A DNA stretch of 64,000 nt from Candidatus Shapirobacteria bacterium (GTDB lineage Bacteria; Patescibacteriota; Microgenomatia; UBA12405): positions 12,505 to 76,504 of the forward strand of contig JBAZZE010000002.1 in assembly GCA_041658955.1 (NCBI GenBank), given 5' to 3'. Shown piece by piece: positions 1 through 9,855 of the stretch (its first letter is position 1; every line of letters starts with the position of its first letter). Both the position numbers and the translations under genes were made by a program. The notes beneath the pieces were generated by a model. It searched no databases, was not told the DNA's origin, and worked only from the letters and a program-made list of their open reading frames with translations.

Positions 1-658
1 CACCGTACATAAAATATTTTTCATTCCACCAGCCGACTTCTTGACCGATGTTTCGTCGCAACATATAAAATGCGCCGACGCAGCAATCGATGGGCTGGAC
101 CTTAGAGTAATCTTGATGTCCGAGAAGGTAGCCATTAAATAGGGCAGCTTTGGGGAATAGTCGGGACATGAAGGGAAGGAAAAAATGACAGAAAGTATTC
201 CAGGGTGTAGGAAATCCCCGATGGCACTCTGGCTGAAGTTCCCCGGTGAGAGTCAGAGTTACGTGACAGGTGGCGGTGTCGATTTTGGGGTGTTTATCAA
301 GATAATCGACCATTCCTTGAAAAGTATTGGGTTCGACTGAGGTGTCTGGATTAAGAAATAAAACGTATTTGGAACTGGGATCAGAAATTTCTACGGCTCG
401 ATTGTTACCAGCGGCAAAACCAATATTGCCACCATTTTGAAGGTACTTAAAATTTATTTTAGGATGAGAGTAGCCGGTTTTTTTAATAATTTCCAACGAA
501 TTGTCGGCGCTAGCATTGTCGACAAGGATTACTTCAATTTGGGAAGTTAAAACCGAACGGCAAATTGATTCAAACAATTTTTGAAGATAAGTCAGAGCAT
601 TGTAATCAAGAATGATGACTGACAAAACCGGTGACTTACTTTTTGGTGATGGTTTCAT
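1..658 (-). CDS. GT2 family glycosyltransferase, 5'-partial in window (C-terminus runs off the left edge)
   Basis: Minus-strand translation from ATG at 658..656 gives MKPSPKSKSPVLSVIILDYNALTYL...VILVDNASADNS...GAFYMLRRNIGQEVGWWNEKYFMYG. The N-terminal motifs are GT2-A/rhamnosyltransferase-like and FMYGED is a classic GT2 motif. It is not in the ORF track because it is edge-truncated. It overlaps the 3' end of the next gene by 23 nt. Confidence 0.75.
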   Translation of the reverse strand, partial: MKPSPKSKSPVLSVIILDYNALTYLQKLFESICRSVLTSQIEVILVDNASADNSLEIIKKTGYSHPKINFKYLQNGGNIGFAAGNNRAVEISDPSSKYVLFLNPDTSVEPNTFQGMVDYLDKHPKIDTATCHVTLTLTGELQPECHRGFPTPWNTFCHFFLPFMSRLFPKAALFNGYLLGHQDYSKVQPIDCCVGAFYMLRRNIGQEVGWWNEKYFMYG

Positions 659-1850
659 AAATGTGATTAAGTTTTTCTACACTGGTCTCAAAAGAATAGT
701 CTGCCTTGATAAGTTTTCTGGCTGACTCCCCCATTTGTTGACGATACTTTTTATCCTCGAATAGTTTGTAAACATTTTTAAGAATTTCTTTCTTGTCACA
801 GACAATTGCGTCCTGATAATTGGTTATTTTGATATTGCCCATACCACCTTCAGGGTTGGTAATGACCGGAATTCTAAAGGTCATGCCTTCGAGAAATTTG
901 TTGCGAGTGCCACCCCCGCTACCCATCGGAGCGAGTAAAAGCCAACAGTGTTCATAATAATATTGAAGGTCATGTGGGCCGACAGAGTCAGCTTCGGTAA
1001 CAATAATATCTTCGGAGTTTAGATGTCCAAAAAAATCAACTGAATTTCGACCGACGATGTAAAATTTCGCGGTTGGATATTTTTTCTTTATTTTTGGCCA
1101 ATAATCACGAAGAATGATTTCAGCTGATTCTCGGTTTTGCATCCACTTCATATTGGATGCTCCAGAAAGAATTGAGGGGTACGTCGATCGAGGTGTCTTG
1201 AGAGGCAGTTCAAAATGTTCGGGGTCGACCCCATCTTCAAAGACATGAATATCTTGACGGCCAGTGGCCTTGATAACAAACTCGCGGTCTTCTTGGCTAA
1301 ACATCATCACGGTGTGAGTCTGTTTCCAAAACCGAGTCTCCCAGTATTTTAGTTTGAGAACGTCTATCCACAAAAGTGGGGCAACTAGCTTTTTCCAACC
1401 CGATAATGATCGGACAAAATGTTCGTAGATGGCGTACTCGATAGTGACATCGACAAGAATGGTGGGGATTTTGACTTCGGGGATATTTAGAATTGGGTAA
1501 AGGCAATCACAATGAACAACATCATATTTATGGGTATTAATCTCAGTCTCGATGGCTGATTTTAGATCAGCGTTGATGTAATTAACTAAAAGAAATGGGT
1601 ACCAGCTAAATCCGGCCATGAGGATATTTTTTAGACTCCAAGTGGGTCCCCTTTTGATCAATATTACTTTCTGACAATATTGCTTAAGATCGCTAAGGCC
1701 TTCGTCGTTGCGACTGTAACAGATCAGGGTAATGTTGTTAGTCTTGGACAAATATTTTAGGGTAAAGAAAGAGTGTCGCTGACCTCCTGACTGGTTTAGC
1801 CTGGGAATATAAGGCGTGATCATGAGGATGTTGCGTTTCTTTTGGGTCAT
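636..1850 (-). CDS. GT4 family (GT-B) glycosyltransferase
   Basis: 404 aa. It has a GT-B C-terminal domain with the E-x7-E-like region (NKFLEGMTFRIPVITNPEGG) and overall Glycos_transf_1 architecture. Confidence 0.75.
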   Translation of the reverse strand: MTQKKRNILMITPYIPRLNQSGGQRHSFFTLKYLSKTNNITLICYSRNDEGLSDLKQYCQKVILIKRGPTWSLKNILMAGFSWYPFLLVNYINADLKSAIETEINTHKYDVVHCDCLYPILNIPEVKIPTILVDVTIEYAIYEHFVRSLSGWKKLVAPLLWIDVLKLKYWETRFWKQTHTVMMFSQEDREFVIKATGRQDIHVFEDGVDPEHFELPLKTPRSTYPSILSGASNMKWMQNRESAEIILRDYWPKIKKKYPTAKFYIVGRNSVDFFGHLNSEDIIVTEADSVGPHDLQYYYEHCWLLLAPMGSGGGTRNKFLEGMTFRIPVITNPEGGMGNIKITNYQDAIVCDKKEILKNVYKLFEDKKYRQQMGESARKLIKADYSFETSVEKLNHIYETITKK

Positions 1851-3304
1851 GGAGAAAGTTTTAGAATAATATAACTATTATTTTTGACTACACTTGGATA
1901 TTTAGCAATCAAGTCATTGGTATGTTTATCATAATTCAAAGATAGAAGATAGACAGGCCTTGGGGAAAACTCTTTGACCTTGGCATCGATATCATATATT
2001 TCGGTGGGCCAGCCAAAAAAACCAGTGTGATAAAGAAGGGTAGTATCGCCATTATTTGGGGCAATAATTAGACTATCTTGGGGGAGAAATTTTTGTGCTT
2101 CAATTCCGGCGGTGATGATCATGGGGTTATTGATCCGGTAATAGTCCTTAATTTTAGTTAGAGAAAAATAAGATGAAAGTATAAATAGTGAACTGATGGC
2201 TAAGACTTTGAGTGGGAGAGAACTGAAAACAAATTGCGATATATAGAAATAACCAATCCCGCCCAACATGGCTAGAGAAGGAATTATTAGAGTTTGATAA
2301 TAATCGTGTTGGATATTGCCCTGAGCGATGATAATGAAATAAAGTAAAATCCCAGCGACTAGGCTAAGAGCCATTGGTTGAGAATACTTTTTTTGATAAG
2401 CCAGTCCTAGAAATATGGGAATTACCCCAAAATTACCAAGGATGAGGATGCTTAATCTTTCTTGAAATAACCATTGCCACCAATGAGGTCGGAAGGCAAT
2501 CAGTTTATTGAGAAAACTAAGATTGTAACCATGGTACCAAGCCGGAAAAGTAGTGGTGACGCCATTATTTAGCAACCAATTGCTACTGGGAATGCCTTCG
2601 GGGAACTGGGATATCCAAACACGCCATAGAGCAAATGGCGTTAGAGCGATAAGGGCAAAAATGATTAATGACAAAAAAGATTTCTTAGTAAAATATTTGG
2701 TTTGGTGAGTCAGGATAATGGTCAATAAAGTCGGAAAAAGAATAAGCCCGGTATAAGGTTTGACCAGAAGTGACAGGGCTAAGGCTATGCCAGAAAAAAG
2801 TAAATGATCTGAAAACAGATAAAGAGAAAGTAACATAAAGAAAACAGCAGCTGGTTCAGGAAGAGTTACTCGAGAATAAAAAACATTAAACGGTAAGAAC
2901 ATGAACAGAGCCAAACTAAAAAGGGAAGGCAAATATTGCGAGGTAAATCCTTTGACGATAAAAAATATAAGCAAGCCACTACCAAGAGATAGAAGGATAG
3001 AGACTAGGCGTGAGGCAAGAGTCACATTGCCACCGATTAGGTAGGAAACCCCTAGAGACATGGCATTGTAGATCGGGGCTTCGACCATACGATAGCCCTG
3101 AGGATTTTCTTTACCTGATTGGGTCGATGAAATATCGTAGTAACGAGGATGTAGAAAATCAAAACCCTGTTTTTGATAGACCTGAGTGACCGCTACAGTA
3201 TCGGTTTGACGAAAGGAATGCCAATCGGCGACAGGTTCATTTACTCGATAGAGTCGAGCCATGAGGCCAAAAAGTAATACCAAAATGACTAATATTTTTT
3301 TCAT
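1847..3304 (-). CDS. Polytopic membrane protein, GT-C-fold glycosyltransferase-like (PMT_2/ArnT-like superfamily)
   Basis: 485 aa with about 11 predicted TM helices. An N-terminal periplasmic-loop motif (WHSFRQTDT) is followed by many hydrophobic segments and a C-terminal soluble domain. There is a 4-nt overlap with the upstream gene. Confidence 0.45.
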   Translation of the reverse strand: MKKILVILVLLFGLMARLYRVNEPVADWHSFRQTDTVAVTQVYQKQGFDFLHPRYYDISSTQSGKENPQGYRMVEAPIYNAMSLGVSYLIGGNVTLASRLVSILLSLGSGLLIFFIVKGFTSQYLPSLFSLALFMFLPFNVFYSRVTLPEPAAVFFMLLSLYLFSDHLLFSGIALALSLLVKPYTGLILFPTLLTIILTHQTKYFTKKSFLSLIIFALIALTPFALWRVWISQFPEGIPSSNWLLNNGVTTTFPAWYHGYNLSFLNKLIAFRPHWWQWLFQERLSILILGNFGVIPIFLGLAYQKKYSQPMALSLVAGILLYFIIIAQGNIQHDYYQTLIIPSLAMLGGIGYFYISQFVFSSLPLKVLAISSLFILSSYFSLTKIKDYYRINNPMIITAGIEAQKFLPQDSLIIAPNNGDTTLLYHTGFFGWPTEIYDIDAKVKEFSPRPVYLLSLNYDKHTNDLIAKYPSVVKNNSYIILKLSP

Positions 3305-4683
3305 TTAGAGACTTTTTTCTGGTTGAGGATTTGATAATAAAATCCCATCATGATCCAAAATAAATAGGCTGTTTTTGAGGCTTCAAAGACATCAATTAAG
3401 GTGGCATTGATCAGAAATGTAATCATGGCGGCAAAAAATAAAAGTGAGGGGCGGGAACGCACTTGATAAGTCCGGATTGTAAAATATAAAAATATCAACA
3501 TAAAAGTCACAAATCCAACTACACCACTCTCCCCCAAAAGCCGGAGATAATCGTTGTCGGTAGCCAAAGTGATCGAACCAAGTCCGGTTCCAAAAAGAAT
3601 ATTTTTCTTTAGGGCAGTAATGGCTCGAGGCCATTCGGCATTAAAACGAATTTCTCCAGATCGGGCAACGCCAACATCAGCATCGATGGGAATTTGTTCT
3701 TCGATTGGTCCTTTGCGAATAATAGTTGGTTTGGGAGTAACTTTGTTGATGACTGGAGAAACTACTGCGATAGGTCCTTTGGTAGGGGTGATTACAGCGA
3801 TGGGGGTTGGGGTAACCATAGGAGTGGTGACAAAGAACTGGTTTTTTAGGGCAGGAATAGTGGCGAGTAAGCGCTGATTAAGATCTTTGGAATTGACTAG
3901 GCTAAAGGCAAAAACAATAGTCACTGGGACAATCCAAAAATATTTACGAAGTAAGAAAATTGCTAGACACATGCCTCCGTAGAATGCGAAAATGGAGACT
4001 CGGGATGCGGTAAGGGTAAGAATTTGAAAAGAAAGAAGCCAGAGAATAATATTGGTGAGCCTTAGCCAAATGTTTTTTTGAGTGACAATGACTCCCCCAA
4101 TTAATACCAAAACAATACTTAGGAATGCTGCCAAATCGTAGTGACCAGCAAAGGTGGAACTGATGCGGGTCCAATTATCCATTTGCAGTAGTTGGCCTTT
4201 GCTAAATTCAGAATTCATGGTCGAAATAACTGGCAGACTAAAATATTTTTGGCCAAAACCATAAGCAATTACTCCTGCAGTTGCTAGAGCTAAGAAAGTA
4301 TAAAATTCCTTAAGATGTGGGTAATCTTTAGTAGTAGAAATGGTTAAAAAGAAAAGAGAAATGTATTCAAAACGGCGAAGTAAGTGGAGAAGGAGGATGT
4401 TTACCGGTTCTGTTTGGTTAATAAAGTAGGCATTAATAAAACTTATGACAATAGCGATAAGATATGCGGCAAATAGTTTGGTGATGGGTTCTTTGAGAAC
4501 TGGAAACTTATGGCGAAGTTGGTATATAAGCCAAAACAATAAAGAGATAGTGACGATGATATCGTCAAGACGAATAGCCACATAGGTTCCAGTCACTGAG
4601 GCTAGAGGAAATTTGGGATACAGAGGGATAAAGATAATCAGAACAGCAAGGATGGGACGTAGGAGAGAAAATCTTTTAAGCAC
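3301..4683 (-). CDS. O-antigen ligase/polymerase-like (Wzy_C domain) membrane protein with a Pro/Thr/Val-rich low-complexity loop
   Basis: 460 aa and polytopic. The C-terminal motif FGTGLGSITLATDNDYLRLLGESGVVGF matches the WaaL/Wzy_C signature (G.G.G...HN.YL...E.G..G) with D in place of H. Residues 283-326 (nt ~3705..3837) form a P/T/V-rich low-complexity segment. Confidence 0.6.
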   Translation of the reverse strand: MLKRFSLLRPILAVLIIFIPLYPKFPLASVTGTYVAIRLDDIIVTISLLFWLIYQLRHKFPVLKEPITKLFAAYLIAIVISFINAYFINQTEPVNILLLHLLRRFEYISLFFLTISTTKDYPHLKEFYTFLALATAGVIAYGFGQKYFSLPVISTMNSEFSKGQLLQMDNWTRISSTFAGHYDLAAFLSIVLVLIGGVIVTQKNIWLRLTNIILWLLSFQILTLTASRVSIFAFYGGMCLAIFLLRKYFWIVPVTIVFAFSLVNSKDLNQRLLATIPALKNQFFVTTPMVTPTPIAVITPTKGPIAVVSPVINKVTPKPTIIRKGPIEEQIPIDADVGVARSGEIRFNAEWPRAITALKKNILFGTGLGSITLATDNDYLRLLGESGVVGFVTFMLIFLYFTIRTYQVRSRPSLLFFAAMITFLINATLIDVFEASKTAYLFWIMMGFYYQILNQKKVSK

Positions 4684-5566
4684 GGCGTAAATATTTATAA
4701 AGATGTAACTGAAGAAAACGGTTGATAGATATAAGGTATTTTAATAATTTTTGTTCAACACTTGATCGATGCATTCGGAAGAAAGCACTGATGCCATCGT
4801 ATTCACGGTCATAAATAATTTGTTTACTGGTGGAGGAAGCTCCACCCAGATGAATAATTTGGGGACCGACTAGATACCACAGTTGAAGTTTGGGGTAGAG
4901 CAAATGAATGCGATAACACATCTCCATTTCTTCACCATACATAAAGAAATCAGGATTAAAACCTTTGACCTTAACAATCATTTCCCGACGAATAAGCATA
5001 AAAGCTCCAGTTACCCAGTCTTGGGGATGGTCTTTTAAATAATATTTGTCGTGGGTGTAAAAGTCGGGTGAATGTGGATGGTAAGGTGGGATAAAAAAAT
5101 TAACAAATGGTAAGTCGTCGAGGTGAAGTAGAAGAGAGGCGATGTTTAAAAGCGTGGGGAAGTATCCCCCACTAGGCTGGATGGTTTTATCTTTATTGAG
5201 GAGTTGGGCAGTGCAACCATAGCTTTCTGGGTGGCTACTAAGCCAATCAAGGGATTGGCTAATGGCACTGTGAAGAATAATAGTGTCGGTGTTGAGGAGG
5301 AGTAAATAATTTCCTTGAGATACTTCTATTCCTTGGTTGTTGGCCCGACCAAAACCAACATTTTCTTGGTTAACAATTATCTTGATGGGCCCTTTAAGTT
5401 TTTTGACTTTGGCGACACTGTCATCAGTGCTGGCATTATCAACCATGATGATTTCGTAAGGAGTGTCTTTTAAGCCTTTGTCAGTAAAAATTGACTTAAT
5501 ACAATCAACGGTAATATCGGCGGTATTCCAGTTAACTATGATGATTGAAAGTATTGGTTTATTCAT
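4676..5566 (-). CDS. GT2 family glycosyltransferase
   Basis: 296 aa. N-terminal SIIIVNWNTADITVDCIKS...MVDNASTDDS is a GT-A DxD-type fold. Confidence 0.8.
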   Translation of the reverse strand: MNKPILSIIIVNWNTADITVDCIKSIFTDKGLKDTPYEIIMVDNASTDDSVAKVKKLKGPIKIIVNQENVGFGRANNQGIEVSQGNYLLLLNTDTIILHSAISQSLDWLSSHPESYGCTAQLLNKDKTIQPSGGYFPTLLNIASLLLHLDDLPFVNFFIPPYHPHSPDFYTHDKYYLKDHPQDWVTGAFMLIRREMIVKVKGFNPDFFMYGEEMEMCYRIHLLYPKLQLWYLVGPQIIHLGGASSTSKQIIYDREYDGISAFFRMHRSSVEQKLLKYLISINRFLQLHLYKYLRRA

Positions 5567-6098
5567 TTTTTTTGAGGAAGCTTCGATAACACCACCATAT
5601 AGCTATTAATAAGATTTCAGTTCCAAAAAATCCAATTAATCTTTGAGTGAAACTGGTGGGATATGATTTGACGGTAATTTTTGATTGGTACTCAGCGCCG
5701 TTGTAGATCAGTTTATTGGCGATTCTTTTTTCTGGTTTGGTGAAGACGTCATTTTGCCAGTCATAACCATTGATAAAGACAGAGCCTTTGAATGGAAAGA
5801 CAAATTCTTCGAGGTAATAACTTTGGATGGTGTCAGTAATAACTTCTTTGGCTTTTTCGGGTGGATGATTTAGTTGAATTCGCAGAGGACCATTTAAGTT
5901 GGCTTTATAGAAAGTAATGACTTCAGTCCGCGATAGATTGGTAAAATATCCGGAGACATTTTTAAGCTGGGTGGTATCACCAGGCAGAGTAGAGCGGACT
6001 GAGTTGGTAAGGTCAGGGATGTGAGGTAACGGGACTGATAAATAAGTTACCGCTAATATATTGAAAATTACCAAAAAAATTATCAGAACTTTATTCAT
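5559..6098 (-). CDS. Hypothetical membrane-anchored protein (N- and C-terminal TM helices)
   Basis: 179 aa with an N-terminal hydrophobic helix (LIIFLVIFNILAVTYL) and a C-terminal helix (ILLIAIWWCY). No recognisable catalytic motif. Confidence 0.4.
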   Translation of the reverse strand: MNKVLIIFLVIFNILAVTYLSVPLPHIPDLTNSVRSTLPGDTTQLKNVSGYFTNLSRTEVITFYKANLNGPLRIQLNHPPEKAKEVITDTIQSYYLEEFVFPFKGSVFINGYDWQNDVFTKPEKRIANKLIYNGAEYQSKITVKSYPTSFTQRLIGFFGTEILLIAIWWCYRSFLKKNE

Positions 6099-6099
6099 G

Positions 6100-6693
6100 T
6101 TATTGAAAGAGCATTACCCGTCCAAGATTGTAACTGGGTTTTTTAATACGTCGATCAGATATCTTTTTCGCAGGGACACCACCCCAGACTTCAAATGCAG
6201 GAACATCTTTGGTGACGACAGCTCCAGCGGCGATAACTGCCCCTTCGCCAATGGTGACGTTGGGAAGAATAATTGCCCGAGGTCCGACAAAAACATAATC
6301 TCCAATAGTTACTGGCCCAAAAGAATTGTCGTAAGTGTCGGAGTGGATGTCGTGTTCGTCATTGTAGATCATCACCTCAGAAGCGAGACTGCTGTGATTG
6401 CCGATGGTCAACGGAGCTCGACCATCAAGAAAACAACGACTACCGACGATAGAATCATGACCAATTTTGATACCACTGGGTTTAAAAAAATTGGCTCCAA
6501 GATGAATAGTCGAATCGAGTGGTAGATCCATGCCGGAAAGATTGTAGAAAAATTTTCGAATTAAGTGACTGGGGATATAACCAACTAGTCGGAGAATATA
6601 AAGCCAAAACTCTAAGCCAATAGTTATCAGCCGATTGATAGTTTTGGGGATAATGTTGCCCAAATTTACTTTTTGACCAACGTACTCATTCAT
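6100..6693 (-). CDS. Hexapeptide-repeat (LbH) sugar O-acetyltransferase, WcaF/NodL-like
   Basis: 197 aa. Tandem hexapeptide repeats (IGDYVFVGPRAIILPNVTIGEGAVIAAGAVVTKDVP) and the C-terminal WGGVPAKKI are typical of the WcaF/Lac/Mal acetyltransferase family. Confidence 0.8.
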   Translation of the reverse strand: MNEYVGQKVNLGNIIPKTINRLITIGLEFWLYILRLVGYIPSHLIRKFFYNLSGMDLPLDSTIHLGANFFKPSGIKIGHDSIVGSRCFLDGRAPLTIGNHSSLASEVMIYNDEHDIHSDTYDNSFGPVTIGDYVFVGPRAIILPNVTIGEGAVIAAGAVVTKDVPAFEVWGGVPAKKISDRRIKKPSYNLGRVMLFQ

Positions 6694-6700
6694 AGTGGAA

Positions 6701-7810
6701 TTATACCTTATTGAAGGTATTAATAAGCATTTTGGCTGAATTAGCCCAGGTGTAATGATTGGCTTTGGCGGAACCTAGTGCAATCAGTTTTTTACGAAGT
6801 ACTGGAGACTGAATATCAATCAGGGCTTGGGTAAGGGAAGAAGTATTAGCGGGGTCGATTATGATAGCTGAGTCCTCTAAAACTTCGCGATAGGCGGGAA
6901 TGTTAGAGGCAATGACCGGAACTTTTGATTTTTGACTTTCAATGGCCGGTATACCAAAGCCTTCGTAAGTACTAGGAAGTACCGAAGCTATGGCGTTTTT
7001 ATAAAGTGTCCATTTTTCTAGTTCGCTAATATAATCAGTGAAGATTACTGATTTTTCTAAGTGATTGGCAGTAACATGCGAAAAGATGGTGTCGTATTGC
7101 CAACCCTTTTTACCGGCGATAACAAGTTGAAACTGAGGGTCTTTTGATTTTTGGAGTTTGAGAAAGTCTGCAAAAGCATTGATCAAAAATGGAATGTTTT
7201 TATTTGGTTTGAGAGTCCCGAGATAGAGAAAATATGGTTTGGTAATCCCAAATTTTGTCTTTACCTTGGCAAAATCTTTGTCGGTATTAACAGGAATATC
7301 CCCCACTCCATTTGGGACGACAGTAATTTTGTCTGGAGAAATTTTGTAAATTCGATTGATTTCGTTTTTGGTAAATTCGGAAACAGCTACAATTTGGTGA
7401 GCGCCGAAAATTGATCGTTTGGTCCAATTGATTAGCTGATAAATGTCTTTGGAGTTAAATTGGTCTTGAGCCTCGAGATACCCCAGATCATGGATAGTGG
7501 GGATAGTGGAAACTGGAGAAAAACGAGGTGAATAGTGACTCGGTGACCAAAATAAATCGAGTTTGATTGATTGGGTAAAAAGTCTAAAGGGTAAAGCAAT
7601 AAATGTCCAAAGTTTTTGGGGACCAAAGACATGATATTGCCAGTTGTCACTTTGCGGTGGCATATCTGAAAGTGGTGGTTGTTTTAAATAGAGGTGGTAA
7701 GTATTTTTTTTGTCCTGTCGATAAAGTTCCCAAATAATATTGAAAGCATACTGACCAACTCCGACTCGAACATTATGATTGGCTTCGTTGGCATCTATTC
7801 CAATTTTCAT
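6701..7810 (-). CDS. GT4 family glycosyltransferase
   Basis: 369 aa with the GT-B C-terminal motif STYEGFGIPAIESQKSKVPVIASNIPAYREV. Confidence 0.8.
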   Translation of the reverse strand: MKIGIDANEANHNVRVGVGQYAFNIIWELYRQDKKNTYHLYLKQPPLSDMPPQSDNWQYHVFGPQKLWTFIALPFRLFTQSIKLDLFWSPSHYSPRFSPVSTIPTIHDLGYLEAQDQFNSKDIYQLINWTKRSIFGAHQIVAVSEFTKNEINRIYKISPDKITVVPNGVGDIPVNTDKDFAKVKTKFGITKPYFLYLGTLKPNKNIPFLINAFADFLKLQKSKDPQFQLVIAGKKGWQYDTIFSHVTANHLEKSVIFTDYISELEKWTLYKNAIASVLPSTYEGFGIPAIESQKSKVPVIASNIPAYREVLEDSAIIIDPANTSSLTQALIDIQSPVLRKKLIALGSAKANHYTWANSAKMLINTFNKV

Positions 7811-7812
7811 AT

Positions 7813-8955
7813 TTATGAATTAAATGTTTTGGTGTAGACCGACAAGGTTTCGGAGGCGGTCTTGGCCCAAGAAAATTTGGCTGCTTGACGATAACCTCGA
7901 TTAATAAGAGTTCTTCTAAGTGTGGGAGAATTGACAATATTGGTAATTGCTTCAGTTAATTCTTTGGTGCTAGTGGGATTGACTAACAGGGCCGCCTGTC
8001 CGGCAACTTCAGCCAGAGAAGATAGGTTGCTAGTAATAACGGGGGTACCGACTTTCATTGATTTGATAATTGGGAGGCCAAAACCTTCATAGGTACTGGG
8101 GTAAGCAAGGCACAAGGCACTAGCGTGTAAAGCCACCAAATCTTTTTCGGGAATATAACCCAGTACTTTGACTGAGTTGTCCCCTGGTGGCGAGACGTCA
8201 TCTCCCCAGCCGTATTTACCAGAGATAGCCAACTCTACTTTTGAGGTTGGATGAGCTCTTTTAAATTGAGTAAAGGCTTGGATAAGTCGGCTCAAATTTT
8301 TACGAGGTTCGCGAGTACCTTGAGTGAGGATGAAGTTAGAAAGACCGTATTGTTGGTGGATTTTAGCAATCTTTGATTGTCTTTCTTTGAGTGACAATTT
8401 GTGGAATAAGTCGAATTTTTTTTCGGCTGCTTCGTAAATAACGGAGATTTTATCGGCTTTAATTCCAGGAAAAATTCGAGTCAGATCATTTTTAGTACTC
8501 TGCGACACGCAGATAAAATGGAAACATTCGCGGACAGCATGGGAGAGTTTTTTCTTAAATGTAGCAATGGTTCGGGGGTGCTGATCTTCGGGAAACAAAA
8601 ATGGAACAAAGTCGTGAACCGTAGTTATGGTTTTGGCCCGAGTGGTGGGCGGATGAGTCCAGTCCCAAGTATGGAAAATATCACAACGACCAATAAACAT
8701 TTCGATGGGGAAGATATGAAGATCATTCCAGAGGTAGGATAAAAGTGTAGGCGGAAAATAGTGGCGGAAAATTTTAACGTTTTTGTACTTAGTGAGCTCT
8801 TGTATTTCGGCGGGCAGGGGTTGGCGAAGTGAGGAAAAGAAAAGCTTATATTGGTTTTTGTGATCGATCAAAACCAAATTACGGACCAGATTTGAAGTGT
8901 AATTACTGACTCCGGTGCCATAGGGAACTGCGGAAACATCAATACCGATAATCAT
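7813..8955 (-). CDS. GT4 family glycosyltransferase
   Basis: 380 aa with the motif PSTYEGFGLPIIKSMKVGTPVITSNLSSLAEV. Confidence 0.8.
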   Translation of the reverse strand: MIIGIDVSAVPYGTGVSNYTSNLVRNLVLIDHKNQYKLFFSSLRQPLPAEIQELTKYKNVKIFRHYFPPTLLSYLWNDLHIFPIEMFIGRCDIFHTWDWTHPPTTRAKTITTVHDFVPFLFPEDQHPRTIATFKKKLSHAVRECFHFICVSQSTKNDLTRIFPGIKADKISVIYEAAEKKFDLFHKLSLKERQSKIAKIHQQYGLSNFILTQGTREPRKNLSRLIQAFTQFKRAHPTSKVELAISGKYGWGDDVSPPGDNSVKVLGYIPEKDLVALHASALCLAYPSTYEGFGLPIIKSMKVGTPVITSNLSSLAEVAGQAALLVNPTSTKELTEAITNIVNSPTLRRTLINRGYRQAAKFSWAKTASETLSVYTKTFNS

Positions 8956-8958
8956 ATA

Positions 8959-9855
8959 TTATTTGTTAATTATAAGAGAAGAACGGATCAAATACGATAG
9001 ATTACGTAGCCTTTCGATCATGATTGATGGTAGGTTGGTGAGTATCTGCGATATTGAATAATTTTTTATAATTAATTTTATCCAGTTACGAAGAGTGTAG
9101 TACTGGCGAAGGGTACCCATGTTATTACTGGTACTTCCGCCCAAATGATAGGAAATGGCAGTAGGAATAAGCAAGCTTTGGTAATTATTTTTAGATAAGC
9201 GAAAAGCTAGGTCAACATCTTCAATATAGGCAAAAAAAGATTCATCAAACAAGCCGACTGTTTCTATGGCGGATTTTTGATAGACCACTACAGCGGCGGA
9301 GCTACCCCAAACAGGAATGTAGGGAGCTTTAAGATTGTCACCCCTCGACTTTGCTCGGGGTAAACTTTCTCGCAATGACGATTTGTAAGGTTGGCCGTTA
9401 TTTATATTTTCGCAACGTCCGGACATGAAGTATTTAAAACCTTGTGATTCTATTTTTGAGCCATCATAGGACAAGACTGTGCCACAAAATGTAGAATATT
9501 TAGGATTTTCAGTTATGGCTTTAGATATAAGCGAGAACCAATCGGGATTTAAGTTTAGGTCATTATTGAGTACACAGACGTAATCGTATTTAGACGTTCG
9601 TATCCCATCGTTGACTGCCTTGGCAAATCCAAAATTTGATCTTAAAGCTATCAGTTTAGAATTTTCCGGGAAAAATTTTTTAAATATTTCGGGACTGTTA
9701 TCGGTAGAACCATTATCAACTAAAATTATTTCAAATTTTGATTTTGGACAACTGAGAATAGCTTTGTGAAGTGTAACCAAACAGGGCTCAATAAACTTGG
9801 CGCCGTTAAAGTTGGGTATGACAATACTAAAATTGGGGGAGTTCGATTTTGTCAC
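8959..9855 (-). CDS. GT2 family glycosyltransferase
   Basis: 298 aa. FSIVIPNFNGAKFIEPCL...ILVDNGSTDNS. It is a paralog of the GT2 at 15396..16388. Confidence 0.8.
   Translation of the reverse strand: MTKSNSPNFSIVIPNFNGAKFIEPCLVTLHKAILSCPKSKFEIILVDNGSTDNSPEIFKKFFPENSKLIALRSNFGFAKAVNDGIRTSKYDYVCVLNNDLNLNPDWFSLISKAITENPKYSTFCGTVLSYDGSKIESQGFKYFMSGRCENINNGQPYKSSLRESLPRAKSRGDNLKAPYIPVWGSSAAVVVYQKSAIETVGLFDESFFAYIEDVDLAFRLSKNNYQSLLIPTAISYHLGGSTSNNMGTLRQYYTLRNWIKLIIKNYSISQILTNLPSIMIERLRNLSYLIRSSLIINK

Noticed and set aside
1297-1506. 69-aa minus-strand ORF nested in the GT4 gene in another frame
   Set aside because: It is in an alternative frame of a same-strand gene with clear GT4 homology. The peptide is His/Arg/Cys-rich and low-complexity, so it is spurious.
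3554-3877. 107-aa ORF on the + strand, antisense to the Wzy_C-like gene
   Set aside because: It lies entirely within the P/T/V-rich low-complexity coding region of the minus-strand gene. Its Gly/Val/Thr-rich translation is the mirror image of that repeat, so it is spurious.
6061-6525. 154-aa + strand ORF overlapping the hexapeptide acetyltransferase gene
   Set aside because: It is antisense to a gene with a strong, well-conserved acetyltransferase signature, and it has no motif or start context of its own.
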